A DNA stretch of 59,802 nucleotides, counting the filler, from Basidiobolus ranarum (lineage: Eukaryota), in assembly GCA_040143965.1 (NCBI GenBank). It is 8 parts of 8 records of this genome, joined end to end, with 100 filler letters (N's around TTAATTAATTAA, not from the genome) between each part and the next. Parts side by side here need not be neighbours in the genome. Positions count along the whole stretch, not along the records: positions 22,513 to 29,907 come from JASJQH010001127.1; positions 30,008 to 37,392 come from JASJQH010001128.1; positions 37,493 to 44,866 come from JASJQH010001129.1; 5 more parts are not named here. The stretch is one strand, 5' to 3'. Both the position numbers and the translations under genes were made by a program. Below, in pieces: positions 27,501 to 40,238 of the stretch. The notes under the pieces are model-generated. The model was not told the origin of the DNA. It saw only the letters and a program-made list of their open reading frames with translations, and did not search any database. Position 1 is the first letter of the stretch, and the number at the start of each line of letters is the position of its first letter.

Positions 27501-28769
27501 CAAATTACTCGTCTTTTCACATCGCTAAAATCGTTGATCAAAAACCAGTCTAGTCTAATCGGGAACGTACAAGAGATTATCAACAAGCTGCACCACCCCC
27601 AGAATGCCACCGTCTCACCTACCTCAGTCAATAGTAGTCAACCCAACGAAGACCATTCAAAGTCTGAATACTGGCCTCAGTTGTGTGAACCTAAGCGAAG
27701 AGATCGCGAGTTCAATGAGGGAAGCAATACTCCAAAATATGAAAATCCAGACCTCTTCACTAAGATGCCCCCCAGACTGCACCGCCGTCAATCAGCATTC
27801 GACACTCGAAGCGAACCAGCACAAATGTACCAGCTGTCCCGGAATGAAGCTCGTAGTCTTCAGCAAGACTTCCATGAATTGGAAAGGCGCTGCCATGATC
27901 TAAAGCATGAGAAAGATTTGCTCATCCAAGAAAACGAACAATATCGACGAAAACTCCACGAGGTGCACGAAAAGAATAACAACCTACGTCAGAGAAGCCT
28001 CATGATGGAAAATTTAGAGTCGAAGATCCGAGATTTAATTCAGATTAAGGATGAAGAATACACCATGAGCACCGATAAAATATGTCAACTAGAGTATGAC
28101 CTGCAAAGCAAGATGAATAAGATCATGGCATTAACTCGAGAAAAAAACTTAATTCTCCAAGATAATAATGAACTACAGCGTAAATTGATCATGCTAAATG
28201 AGGTCAGTAAGCTAATCCTAACTCCGATAGCTGTAATCATTCATTTATCTATCTCATCATCTACTAACCAATGGACGTCGAATGTATAGGCTAAACGTCA
28301 GTGGGAAGTGGATTTCCAGTCTGAAAAAGAAATGTCCAATTCCTTTCAAAACCAGCTCCGTGCGCTTAAAGATAGTCTACGAGTAGAGCAACATGAGAAG
28401 CGCACAAAAATCAGTCAGATCCTCAGGTTGGAGACCATCGTAGCCGAGAAGACTGAGGAGTGTCAACGACTACAATCACGTGTACACTTGTTGCAGGAAA
28501 CTCTGAATTCCCCACGTAGGAACACCGATTCAAGCTCAGAACAGGTCAGTATATGATTGTTAGAGAGTAGTAAGATCCTTTGCTAATATTAAGGTTGATC
28601 CTAGTCAAATTCAATTCGTCTTCGGCACGATGTGGATCTCACTAACCAATTGGACATAGCTAAATCAAGATTGAACAGGGCTGAAAAAGAAGTCATGTTT
28701 CTGAGACAAGAACTTCGCTTTGGATCGCCTGGACTATTGAGTCCAGCTACCTCTCAATTCTCCCGCTAA
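24523..28769 (+). CDS. Large multi-exon coiled-coil protein of unknown function
   Basis: Heptad-rich E/K/Q/L ORFs (25081-25620, 25680-28202, 28290-28543, last exon ending TAA at 28769) can be linked by GT-AG introns (e.g. 25621-25678). The likely ATG is 24523 (MGGEEDGNSLGSLL). The 5' exon structure is uncertain and I recognise no family. Confidence 0.75.
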
Positions 28770-29606
28770 CTGAAGTTGTACAGAACTTGGTGTATATTTG
28801 TTACATTTGTTGATAGAAATTGGTCCGGTTCAAGTGGTCTTTCATGGTTATTTTCCATTCCGATCTTTCCCGCTCCCTAATTGTCTGAACCCTTAATTTT
28901 ACCATACTGTAACATATTAATTCTTCTATTAAAATTTCAAGGTTCTAATTTAGTATTAGTGACCCAATTTTGGACATATTAAGGAACTCAATGTCGCTAT
29001 TTTACCTCAATTTTCTATGAGTACCCAGATACTCCCCCAGATACTCCCCCAGATACCCAATCGCTTCTTGATGGATTGTCAGTCTTTCTTAGCACTCAAT
29101 TTATCTATTCTTTGATACATTAGTTATTCACGTGATTGGCAAGCCTTTATCACCATCATTCATGGACTTACAGGGACGAACATTCCCTTTCTACCATGTA
29201 AGTATATATCATTATGTACTCCATTCCGATATTTCCAACTCACATGCTTCTTCTATTTTGAGCATTTCGCAAATATATTTGATAAAGTGCCTTGTACCAC
29301 CAAAAGTGGAGTTTAGAATTGATGGAATATCTCAATATCTTGCCTCGTAAACATGTGCTACTACTACTGAGCAACTTTGTTGATGGATATAGGCTTGTGC
29401 TAAAATATATGCTACACTACTTCACAAATGATATATGGATTCGCTGACTGAGTTAAAATATGTTAACATACTATATAGAAAGATAACTAAACTGTAACTT
29501 CCTCAATATCATTAGTAAAACCACTTAGACATAAAGTTGACATCAAGTCCTAATTGGTTTCTCCCCATATCTAATAACTGACTTTAACTATATATGAAAT
29601 AATAGG

Positions 29607-29907
29607 TGTTGAAGTTAGCATTGCCTAAACACCTATATAGTCATATATAACTTAGTAGTTAGTTGTCTTATAATTCACTAAGATATTATCAATCATTCAC
29701 AATTGGAACTTACTTAGAATATTTTTACCAACTTAGTTCTCAGATATGTAGATTTTTCAAACTTGTGCTAGAAGCCCCAAACTTTGCACAAATGTTCCTG
29801 GGACTTTCTTTAACACAATCTACATGTTAGTTTGTTTACATCTAGACAAAACAATAAATGTCAACTTTGTACTCAATAAATTAATAAGTGAAGACCACCA
29901 ATTCCTC
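29607..29907 (+). mobile_element. Copia-family LTR copy, truncated by the contig end
   Basis: TGTTGAAGTTAGCATTGCCTAAACACCTATATAG... is homologous to 22942-23280. Confidence 0.85.
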
Positions 29908-30007
29908 NNNNNNNNNNNNNNNNNNNNNNNNNNNNNNNNNNNNNNNNNNNNTTAATTAATTAANNNNNNNNNNNNNNNNNNNNNNNNNNNNNNNNNNNNN
30001 NNNNNNN
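29908..30007. other. Artificial contig-joining spacer
   Basis: N44-TTAATTAATTAA-N44. Confidence 0.98.
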
Positions 30008-30504
30008 CCCAGCCGACATCTAAAGAAAATCAATCGTGGCAATTAGTGTCGCTTTACTATAAAAGAAAAAGTACATGTGCATATAATATGGACCAATCAA
30101 TAGTAATCAGATCCAGTGTAACTGACGATTAAGTTAAGCGCCTCAAACACTGCGTTAAGTTAAAATTAATACTGATGGATTGATGTAGCGAGTCATGTGG
30201 CGAGTGAATTTTCTTGGATATAGTTACACATACATATTGCCTAGTTATGTCCATATGCTTCAACTCGAAATAACTGATTCCTCCGCAGGTCAAGCTAGTA
30301 GTGTATTTATAGTCATCTACTGCATGGTAAAGTCTCTATTGCATTACTATAATCATTTTAGCATCAATTAAGTAATGCATAAATTCCTACTCACTGGTAA
30401 GCGTTGCAATAGCCACAAAGTGAGACATCAATGTAGTGGCTAGTTACATTAACTACTTCTAATATTAATATGAAATATAGCGAGCAGTGTCACCTCAAAA
30501 TCTC

Positions 30505-30760
30505 AATGGACACGGAACTCACATTTCTGGAATCATTCGAACAGCTTTGGTGTAGCAAAGAAGCTCAAGCTCATTGGTGTCATAATGCTCAATGGTAGTG
30601 GTGATGATATTATCTCGGGTGTCATCTTTGGAGTCTACTAGGTAGCTCGAAAAACCAAAATCAGTGGCAAGAATATTGACAACATGCCACTTGGTGGTGG
30701 GGCCTTGAAGAGAGCCGTGGATGGCGCAATCAAAGCTGGAGTTGTCCTCATTATAGTCGT
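30505..30760 (+). pseudogene. Subtilisin (S8, proteinase K-like) gene fragment
   Basis: NGHGTHISGII (catalytic His motif), then after a frameshift FGVAKKLKLIGV, NMPLGGG and AVDGAIKAGVV. It is disrupted, and no Ser motif is seen. Confidence 0.8.
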
Positions 30761-30977
30761 CTTTGAAGGAATATATTTTTAAGGATCATACTCATTAGAA
30801 TGGGTTTAGAATACTGTTATAAGGATATTATTATAAAGCTAAAATTAGATGATTGCAAAAAATAATTAGACAGACTGAAATTAAAATTAGACAATCATAG
30901 AAAGCCATTCAGACCAATGTCAACAGTAAAACAAGACGTCTTGGTTTTTTTGTGGACAGGATGATTTCTAAACGATC

Positions 30978-31570
30978 AGCTAGAGGTATGGCATAAAACA
31001 CTGATATTTGCTCTACATTGCCACTGGGTTTATAATGAAGACCACATTTGAGTAGAGACTTAGCGATGTCAACTCACTTTTCTAATTGGATCTGATCAAT
31101 CTCCAACTCCTTGATTCTATCTGGTGATGCTTTTGACCAGACATAATTGATTTGTTATGCGTAAGTCAATGTGTGAAGATGAGAGGGAACATTCTTGGCG
31201 TCTTCTTTAGTGGTAGGGTCTAACAGGTAAGAAAAATTCGAGAATCCTTCAGTCCAATTTAGTTCAAGCATTTTTGTCTTGATATGGAGTGAAATGTTTA
31301 CTAGCCCAACAAACGCTACTCGTTGATTCTGAGCTTCTAATCGTTAGGCTATCCCATATGTTACCACCCTAACATATGAATACCCAGTTACAGCATAGGG
31401 ACCTTCTGGTTGAGTTTTGCGACTTTCCATTGACTCAAAGTAGATTTGATTCTCATCAAATCCTCGAGCTCTCAGTGCGTACAGTGGATGTTCTTTCGCA
31501 TAATACTTGACCAGGTTTACAAAGATAAGGGCCTGGCTTACCCCATGGGCAAAGAATATTGGTACACCTG
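30978..31570 (-). pseudogene. Thioesterase domain of an A-T-TE NRPS-like enzyme (atromentin/ralfuranone/quinone synthetase type), pseudogenised
   Basis: One frame with 3 stops: PIFFAHGVSQALIFVNLVKYY..PLYALRARGFD..QPEGPYAVTGYSYV..VAFVGLVNISLHIKTKMLELNW..*VDIAKSLLKCGLHYKPSGNVEQISVFYAIPL. This follows the TE consensus of aromatic alpha-keto-acid dimerising synthetases as I recall it. Confidence 0.85.
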
Positions 31571-32070
31571 ATACTTGATTATTGTCAATAATCTGTGTAA
31601 ACATGTATCGCCAACCCGAGCTAATTCTTATTTCCGCTTGCGTTGTTAAATTGTCTAAAGGGGTCGCTTTGGGTAGTTATTTATGTTGCTATAGAGATGA
31701 TCCACAAATACAAATAACTTATCTTCAGGAATTTTAGCATCTGGAAATTCACCTGTGCTAGAATATATTTTAACATCAAAAGCTATTGTATAAAAGATAA
31801 GTATAGTTGTATTAGGAGTAAGACTAGCACTATGGACGCTACATATATATTCATTAAAATATATAATATGGATAGATATAGTAATTCATCATACTGGGGA
31901 AAGATTGTAAGCCGATAAAAATTATAGAACTACAGAATACTATCTGGGATATATTCAATACCTTTTTAGTTCAGTAGGTCAGGAACCCTGAAGACTTTAC
32001 AACTTAATGGAACCATCAGGATCTGGATCGTTCTTCCAGGGAATAAACTGAGATATCTGGATATACTTAC

Positions 32071-32460
32071 TGTTGAAATAAGCATAGTCTAAGAACCTAT
32101 ATAGTCATATACCATTTGGTTCTTCACTAGTCCTTATTTCTCTAAAACTTCACTCACTATTCTCATTTGTAACTCACTTAGAAGTACTAAGATACTAGCC
32201 ATTACTCTCAATTGGAACTTACTTAAAATATTGACCAACTTAAAAGTTCTCAGGTATATAGATTTTTCACACTTGTGCTAGAAACCCCAAACTTTGTACA
32301 CATGCTCCTGGGACCTTCCTTAACATATTACAAATGTTTATTTGCTTATATCTTGACAAAACAATTTATGTCAACTAGCAACTCAATAAATCAAAAAGTA
32401 AAATCACCACTTCTTTTAGTTCCTCGAACCGCTTCCAACAAACTCCCAAACACTTTGACC
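32071..32460 (+). mobile_element. Older solo LTR of the same copia family
   Basis: Homologous to 22942-23280. The flanks CTTAC and ATTAC resemble a 5-bp TSD with one mismatch. Confidence 0.75.
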
Positions 32461-35400
32461 ATTACCATTAGTTCTCATACCTTGGATATAATTCTGGTGG
32501 TACTGCCAGTTTTAAAAGTACTTACTAAGAGATTGGGAATAGTATAAGTTGTGGTATATATTCTTAGACATGTAATAACTCAAATTTTGTACTTTCATCT
32601 ATGAATCTTCTTATCCCAAATTGAGGATTACCTCTGACCTTCTGATTAGGAGATAGTAAGACACATGTAGCTCATGCTTTGCCTCATATAATAATATCAT
32701 AATATATGAATACAACTGAAATTTCTATTCTGATATATATGGACCTTAGTTATTGTGCTAAGCAGCATTAGAAAATTAGGAAAATATAATTGTCAGGAAC
32801 TATACATACAGTACAGTTTCCAATAACAGTCATAAAATTTAATTTATTGCTAATATTTTCTAAATAAAAAGTTGGATCTGAAATGTGTACTATTATATTG
32901 TGGTGATTCTCCATATACTCAAAGCTATGAAGAAAATTAGCATATTAATATTGGAGAAATGCCCATTGCTAACTAAATGGAAAGTTATCTGCAAACCTCT
33001 GAAGTACAATCTGGTTAAGTATGAGTACTAAATACTGATGTAAAATATGCATTAGACCTACGAGCCTTACAAGACCCAGTTTACATGGTGCGATAGTACT
33101 GGAGATGAATGTCTCCTGAAATATTGGCTTTTTATCTGATAGGTTTGTGTTGTACTAGATCAGGAACATTATCCCTATCACTTAACTAAGATATACATAT
33201 TAAACAAAATGGGCTATTACTAAACCACCTATATGTTGCATTACCTCATTTAAGGGAAATACGGAATTTGAAGTTGTTTGTATTATGTCCCAAGAGACAT
33301 GCCCTGTATGCTAGGAGAAAGTGTGTCTACCAAATTTTCAACTGATAACTAGTCTATCATATTTCTCAGGAAGAACTCAAAGGATGTTGAGTGCACTCCA
33401 CAGAGCATGTACTGACATAACTCTATTAAATGAGACAGAAGGCCTCAAGAAGTATATTTAGAGTGAAAAATATCTTATACTTGAGTGTAAAATATCTAAT
33501 ACCACTGCTACTATACAAAGGATATTTACTAATGGGTTTGAAGATATTGTACCCATCAATTAATTGTATAAACCTGATTTTGTTAAGTTAAACCAAGATA
33601 TTAAAATGAACAAATCTACAAATCTTGATATCTCATTGATTCTGATTTCTCTCGGCTTCTCACCAACAACAATATGTAGCATACAAACTCCGCCATTGCA
33701 GTTAAGGGTTTACTCCTACTACTCCCTTCTATCCTTTCTTTGGCTTCACCGGTAACCGCATAGTCCTCCCTCTTAAAGATGGTGTCAACCTTCGTGCTGA
33801 TCCAGGAACTACCTATCCCATGGTGGCCTCCTTGAAAGCTGGCTCTTATGTCGATGTTGTATGACAAAAAGCTGATCAATCTGTCAATGTCTATAACATC
33901 AGGGACAAGCCTTTCAGATGAATTTTGACTCTGGGTACGTGGTGGAGGAAAGGTTCTCCCCGGTCTAATTAGAAGACGTAAGGCGGAGCGTGATCTTTTC
34001 TGTTCCGGTATTGCATGCTGAAGAGCAATGTTGTAATTCTCAGTAATAGATAAAAAGAAGGTAAAGCTGAATGAATTAGCATAAGATTTATAATGAGTAG
34101 TCCTTTAATGATTCTTTCATCTACTTTAAATAATAAGAATACAAAAACTAAGTTGCATTTACTGGTCATTGTCGTGTTATTTGAGTGGCATTTCATATAT
34201 AAATAGCGTGCAATAGTTGGTTTTAGTCTGAAAGAGCATCCATCTGTAGAGATTAAATGCGAATTTACCAGTGCTAACATTGACGATATGCTTTTTAATG
34301 TATGATGGCTATACATCTCAATCTAAGAGAAATGAGCACATTGACTACGTGTATTTTATGATAAACAAGCCCATTACATGCATATTAAAAGACATTTGTT
34401 GAACGGCCAATATTGACGCATAACCTCAGAGTGAGAGCTCGTGTATTGTTACAACTAGACATGAATCAGGATTATCGTTTCCTTCTCCGAACAACTTATG
34501 ATAGCAAATAGATTTCTTATCTATGCTTGCTCCTTACAGAACAAAAGCTCAGATTGTTTCAAATAAAGTTAAATCCAGTACATATGTATGTGAACCAATC
34601 GAGGTTTGATCAGACCAGTAAATCATCAAGAATCAGATATTTAGTAAGCGTAGCTGCAAGTTGGGTTATACTAAATTATCCATTCCTCGATGTGTAAGCT
34701 AGTGTGAATGTGTAAGCTAGTGTGAGACACCTTGCTTCATTTGATTTGCTCGTTGTCTGTTTGGGATATGAAGTATGCGGTTACAATTGGGCATAATCTT
34801 TCTTGTACCCATATGGCAATGAAATTTAATCAACCATTAGTCACAGTAGTGATTAGTGGTAGTAGAATTGGTTGGAAGAATTGAAGGAGTTTGCAACAGA
34901 TATCTAAAGTGTGCATATGCAGGAATAGATCATCTGGAGGGAATGCTTACTGCATTGAAGGGCTTTTTTTTATTTTATTGCGGGGTTATATGACCAACTA
35001 CGGGATGAAGGTTGTGTTTTTCTGGTGTATGCAGATTTGGAAACAGCGTACGCCGGCAAGATTGCACTCAGCTATTTTGAAACGTTGGAGCAAACACATT
35101 ATCACTCCAATTTATCGAAACTGTATAAAGAACGATATGATTTATTGAGAGACCAGGGAGCACTTTCTGTATTACAATCATTGCATCTTAATGATAGTAT
35201 CACCATGGAGTTCTATCTGTTCTCAAGTCGATTCTATAGAGATAGTGCTGCTGACCTGGCAGCGATGAGTTTGGTTGGTGAATTGATAGAATCCAGCGAA
35301 ACCCCCTTTGAAATTAAGAAACCCAAGCATGCCATCCATGTGTTGAATCAACCCAACAATGGAATTCAAGGAGGGCATGTGGAGTGCTAATGAGGAGCAA

Positions 35401-36930
35401 GTAGTATGTGTTATCAGAAAAATTCCCCAAAAAAAATCGGCATGAGAAATCCGTGTTGAATCGGCCCTAATCTCACCCGGGTGCTTTTTAGGAGGAAATG
35501 GAATTCAATAAAGTGACCATAACAACACTAATATGGAAATATGGGTCTTAGGATTAGGATTACCATACTTGGCATATCAATATCACCGATTTTAATAGTC
35601 TTTCTTTCTCATCTTTCGAACCCAATTGATATGCTTCACAAGGGGTTATGACCCCTACTCTTAATTTCCATCGATAGCACAATGGCTGATTAGAATTGTG
35701 CGAGAATTCTGCAGAATAGATAAATCTAGGACACAAAAAAAGGTATGTCACCTGATCTCCTCGTGGGTAAGTAATTAGAGCCAACTAACTGGTTATTAGT
35801 AGCTTTTTACTGGCAATATGGTTGGCCAGAATTTTGGGGGGCTTATGGATATGACTTCCATGACATGAACATCACCTCAGAGAACGAACTGGGGAAAAGT
35901 AGAATGCTCATAGTTCAGATAGCAAACGTAATTGCCGATTTAAACAGCAATATGGGTCAGGTATGGTCATATTAGTTAGCGTTACTCTCGTTGATGAACT
36001 TTATTCTTCACGGTTGGTCATTTACTCATACTCAAGCACTAGAGTTAGTGTTCAAAAAGTATGCATATATCCTCCAAATGGTGAGAAAATCTCACCGCTA
36101 CATTCTGACCAGTAACATTTGAGCGGAGATAGCACTATAATTTGCTGGTAAGCAACATTACTAATATATTCATACACAAGGCTAGTCAGGGATTTTTCGA
36201 GTGAGAGCTAGGGTTGCGGTTTATTTAACGAATCAGTTTAGCGTATTAGTATACAGGAATACAAGAAATACTCGACCAATCGTTCGGAACACTGTAAAGT
36301 ATTTAGATCGGAGTAAGAGAGGCCACCCAAATTTGGTACCTCCTTCTAGATTGGCGAAAGTATTGATTATCCAAAAGTAGACGTTAAGGACTAACGGTGG
36401 CTTACGACATCCCTTGAGATTTCCTAAATATATTCAAAAATATGTGGAGATCTTGACTACTCCTGGTAATGCTGGTCATGTTACATTCATGGCGTACGAT
36501 TAAAATGGTTTCCTCGAATTTAACTTTCTAAATCCAAAATCGAAGCTCACTCTAGTCCGCCCATTTGAATGGAAAGAGATTCCGCAAGAATATTTATCTG
36601 GCAACAGATCCAACCAAAGGTGCTTAACAAATAATGGTCGACCCTCCAATAGTTCAATCACAGGATAAGTGACTGCTTGGACGAATATATCCACTTCAAT
36701 CGGGATTTGCGATATTCGGCAAATCTAGTTTATTCAGCAACTCTTCCGATATCTGAGGTTTCGTCAGAAGAGTTGCCTGGTCCTCTGGTAGAGGTTAACT
36801 AATAGTTCATTGTTTTGAAATTTCAAGTTTGACTTTCATTTTCTCGTCGAGTATAAATAATCCCATTTGCACTTCAACTAAAACTCATTCAATACTTCTC
36901 CGCCCTTTCAAAGGACAATCAACAATTATC

Positions 36931-37392
36931 ATGGTTGGCGTCAAGCTTCTTACCTCTATTTCTCTTCTAGCCACTTCTACCATGGCTTGGGTTTGGCCCA
37001 TGCCTCAGCAGATGGATGTTGGCAGTGGAATCCTTCGTCTTGATAAACGCCTCAGGATTGATTTTGAAACACCTTGTGATTCCGATGAAACTTACTATGG
37101 TAACTATGTGACTCATTGTGAAGATTACGATATCCTTCGCAACGCTGTCAGACGCTACCGTAAACTGATCTTTAACAAGGGTGAGTTTGGCAACCAATTG
37201 GACACCGTCTCAGAGCTTGTATTCCCAATTCCCGTTACCTCTGTTCCTTCTCTTCCAGCTCAGCCAAGAGGTGATTACCGTTACATTGATAGACTCTTTA
37301 TCAAAGTTAAAGGAGATAACCTCCGTCTTCAACTTGATACTGATGAGTCCTACACACTTGATGTTCCAACTGAGGGTGATGCTGTCATCGAA
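36931..37392 (+). CDS. Secreted beta-N-acetylhexosaminidase (GH20), N-terminal part, truncated at the contig end
   Basis: Signal peptide, then VWPMPQ, ILRNAVRRY and LQLDTDESYTLDV, typical of the GH20 N-terminal domain. TATAAATA at about 36853. Confidence 0.85.
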
Positions 37393-37492
37393 NNNNNNNN
37401 NNNNNNNNNNNNNNNNNNNNNNNNNNNNNNNNNNNNTTAATTAATTAANNNNNNNNNNNNNNNNNNNNNNNNNNNNNNNNNNNNNNNNNNNN
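37393..37492. other. Artificial contig-joining spacer
   Basis: N44-TTAATTAATTAA-N44. Confidence 0.98.
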
Positions 37493-39673
37493 TGAATTAT
37501 AAATCACAACACTTTCATGGCCAATCATTTCCATGAGGGGATACAGTACATTTAAAAGTTCCAGGCGGAAGTCGCGACCCAGGATTCTAGCGATACAGGC
37601 TGTACCATAAAAAATCGATTTGATGGTGAGTATCTCTTGGATCCTGGCAGAATAATGGACAGTTCCCTGAGTGATGGAAGATGTACGCGTTGACTTTGGG
37701 TCAAACAGAGAGCTATTGTCTTCGCTTGTGGTTTTGTTGGAGGGTTGGGAGTAATGAGGATTCGACTCGACGGTGTCATCATTCCAACGGGATAAGTACT
37801 CACGCAAAACAACCTTAGCAATGGATTTGGTAATCTTGACTCTATCTTTGTGCTCTAAGTCGTCGTCTCGAGGTGTATAAATTGTATTGATGGATAGATT
37901 TTGAAATTGAAGGTCAGAGTCTACATCATTATTTATATGTTCGCTCGCACCTTTCAGCAATTCATTGATGATAAACACATAGACAACTTCGTCTTTTGTA
38001 CCTTTGGATGAACGGAGATGAGATGAGAGTTTGTCCATCATTGATACAATATTTCCATAGTAGCCAAAGGTTCTAAACATCAATGACAGTTGATTCAAGG
38101 TTCTATCCTCACTGATGCTTTTGAAGTTTGGAATCCATGACCATGCATCAATTTGCGACGTGCTTTCTGGGTTATTCCTTACGTCGTAGGCACCTATCAC
38201 TCGTGTTTCAAGCAGCTGAATGTCAGAGTCGTCAAGTTCCAGCGAAAGAATTAGGGATGAGACAAAGTCATTGAAGTTGGTGGAGAGAAACTCGTCAATG
38301 TCTTGATTGATGAGTTGTAAATATACTGCACATAACGATAACGCGTTGTACTTCACGAGTTCGTCATGTCTAGTTAAAGTTCCAGGCAGTGAGTCTATGA
38401 GGTTATAAAAATTTTGCTTACAATGGGCCAAAATCAACCTGGCTAGCTCAGGATCGTGAAGTAATATCTCTAGATACTCCTTGGCTGTGGTGACAACTTC
38501 TGGATATGTATCTTTGAGTCCGAGTACTAAAGTCTCGATCAAAATCGAAAAACAAGAATTCAATAATTTATGACAGTGTGATATCGTATTGAAGCAAAGC
38601 TTCAGGCAAGCGTTTCTCACTTTCCAATCGAGATGAGAGCGAATTCGTAGTACTTTGATCAAAAGGGCTTTAGTCTGGGTAAGGGCTGCAGTTATCCAGC
38701 TAGAATTCTTCCGGAAGCTCTCTATATTCTCATCTGGCTTTGATTCCGGAGTATACTCAGTAGTATTCTCTATGGCTTCTACCTTGGAATTGAAGTAACC
38801 ATCGAGTTGATTCAGAGATGTTATCCTTGTTATATATGCTGAGTTCACATCATCATTAAGTGTACCAACAATTGCTTTTTCTAGTGCGCTCAATAGACTC
38901 GCAAGTAGTCGACTATGACCACGGTCCACGTTATCCATTACAATTGAAGATAGGCCAGTGACTATGCCAGGGAAAAACTGCGCCAGAATTTGTGTGTTTT
39001 GAAGGTCAGATATCAATTGGTTGAAGTTTCTTAGTACTGCCAGACGAAGGTCTAAGAGTTTTTCGGTTTTGATACAGTAAACAAATGTATGAACCGAACG
39101 TGCTACAATAAGTTGAATCCGTCGTTGAGAAAACTCTTGTTCGGTGCACAAAAAAAAACCAGAGAAAGCGCTGGTATTTCCTGATTGTTTACGACCACTC
39201 TTATTGAAGAAAAAAGGTGCCTGCATCTTAGCCGATTGAAGTTTTAATTCCTCTGAGATAACATTTGTGATACCCAATGTTTTGCTTTGTGTCTCATTTT
39301 TCTCACTAAGGAATTCCAGTATTATTAAGAAGATTCGTACTTGTAATTCGAGTCCCATATTTTGAAAGCAATTGTCTACCAAGTATCCAAGGCAATCTAA
39401 AACAAGTGTAATAGCTTTATCGGAATTTAAACAACCTTTGGTAAAGGTTTGGAGTAATGGGAAAGAGATGTATTGAAGCAGTGATTCATGCAGTATAGTT
39501 TGAGGGTTTTCGATCGTATTTAAACACTGAAGAAGCGCATCAAGTTTAAGTATCAAGTCATTTTGACTTGAGGGTGAAGGATCCGGTAACCATTCTAGAA
39601 GAGAAACGCAACACGGCTTTACTTGTCTAAATACATGCTGTCTTCGTTCTTCCAATTCGCTTGATACTTGCAT
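37493..39673 (-). CDS. TTI1: TEL2-interacting protein 1 (TTT complex, HEAT/ARM repeats), 3'-truncated by the contig end
   Basis: FRQVKPCCVSL, YISFPLLQ, SEELKL, LAQFFPGIVTGL, HLDWKVR and LGRDFRLELLNVLYPLMEMIG match conserved TTI1 blocks as I recall them. Confidence 0.8.
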
Positions 39674-40238
39674 GCTTGTGTAAAAGAAACGAGATATTAG
39701 GCTGCATCGAATCGATATTTGATTCTGAATGCCAGAGTAAAAATGAGGCCATTTTTCAGCCCACCAAAACTAAAATGATGCCAAAATCCTAAATATATGC
39801 AAACTCCTACGACCTATAAACTTGAGAAACACTTGCTATCGAATAACTTTCAATTACATTTAATCTTTATTGTAGCACTTCTAACTCTTGACAAGGAGTT
39901 AAATTGATGTCTATTCAGTAATTGCTAAATCAATAGTGTACTAAGACACTAGTAACGGCCCTACACAGTAGATCTAAACCTCATTAGCAAACGTTTGTAT
40001 CAGTTTTGATGCTTTATTGGCTTAATTACAATGACACGATGTCCCCAGGGTCTTGTGAGATGAAGTACAGAAATTATTATGAAATAGATACAGGATGGAA
40101 AAAGACAGCGGTAAGAGTATCCGACCATGTTGAACACTACTCCTAAGGCCAAGTTCACTAGTAAGAATAAAATAAGCTAATTTGTATTTTTTCAGTAAAC
40201 GGTATTAGCAGGCTAAATTAGGCACTTCGTGATCGGGC

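Noticed and set aside
32275-32547. ORFs 32275..32547, 42629..42826 and 44276..44494 as small genes
   Set aside because: They lie in or start within LTR copies and are not conserved as frames between copies.
34690-34725. 18-bp exact tandem duplication (similar small ones near 3131 and 29024)
   Set aside because: Ordinary slippage duplications in intergenic DNA.
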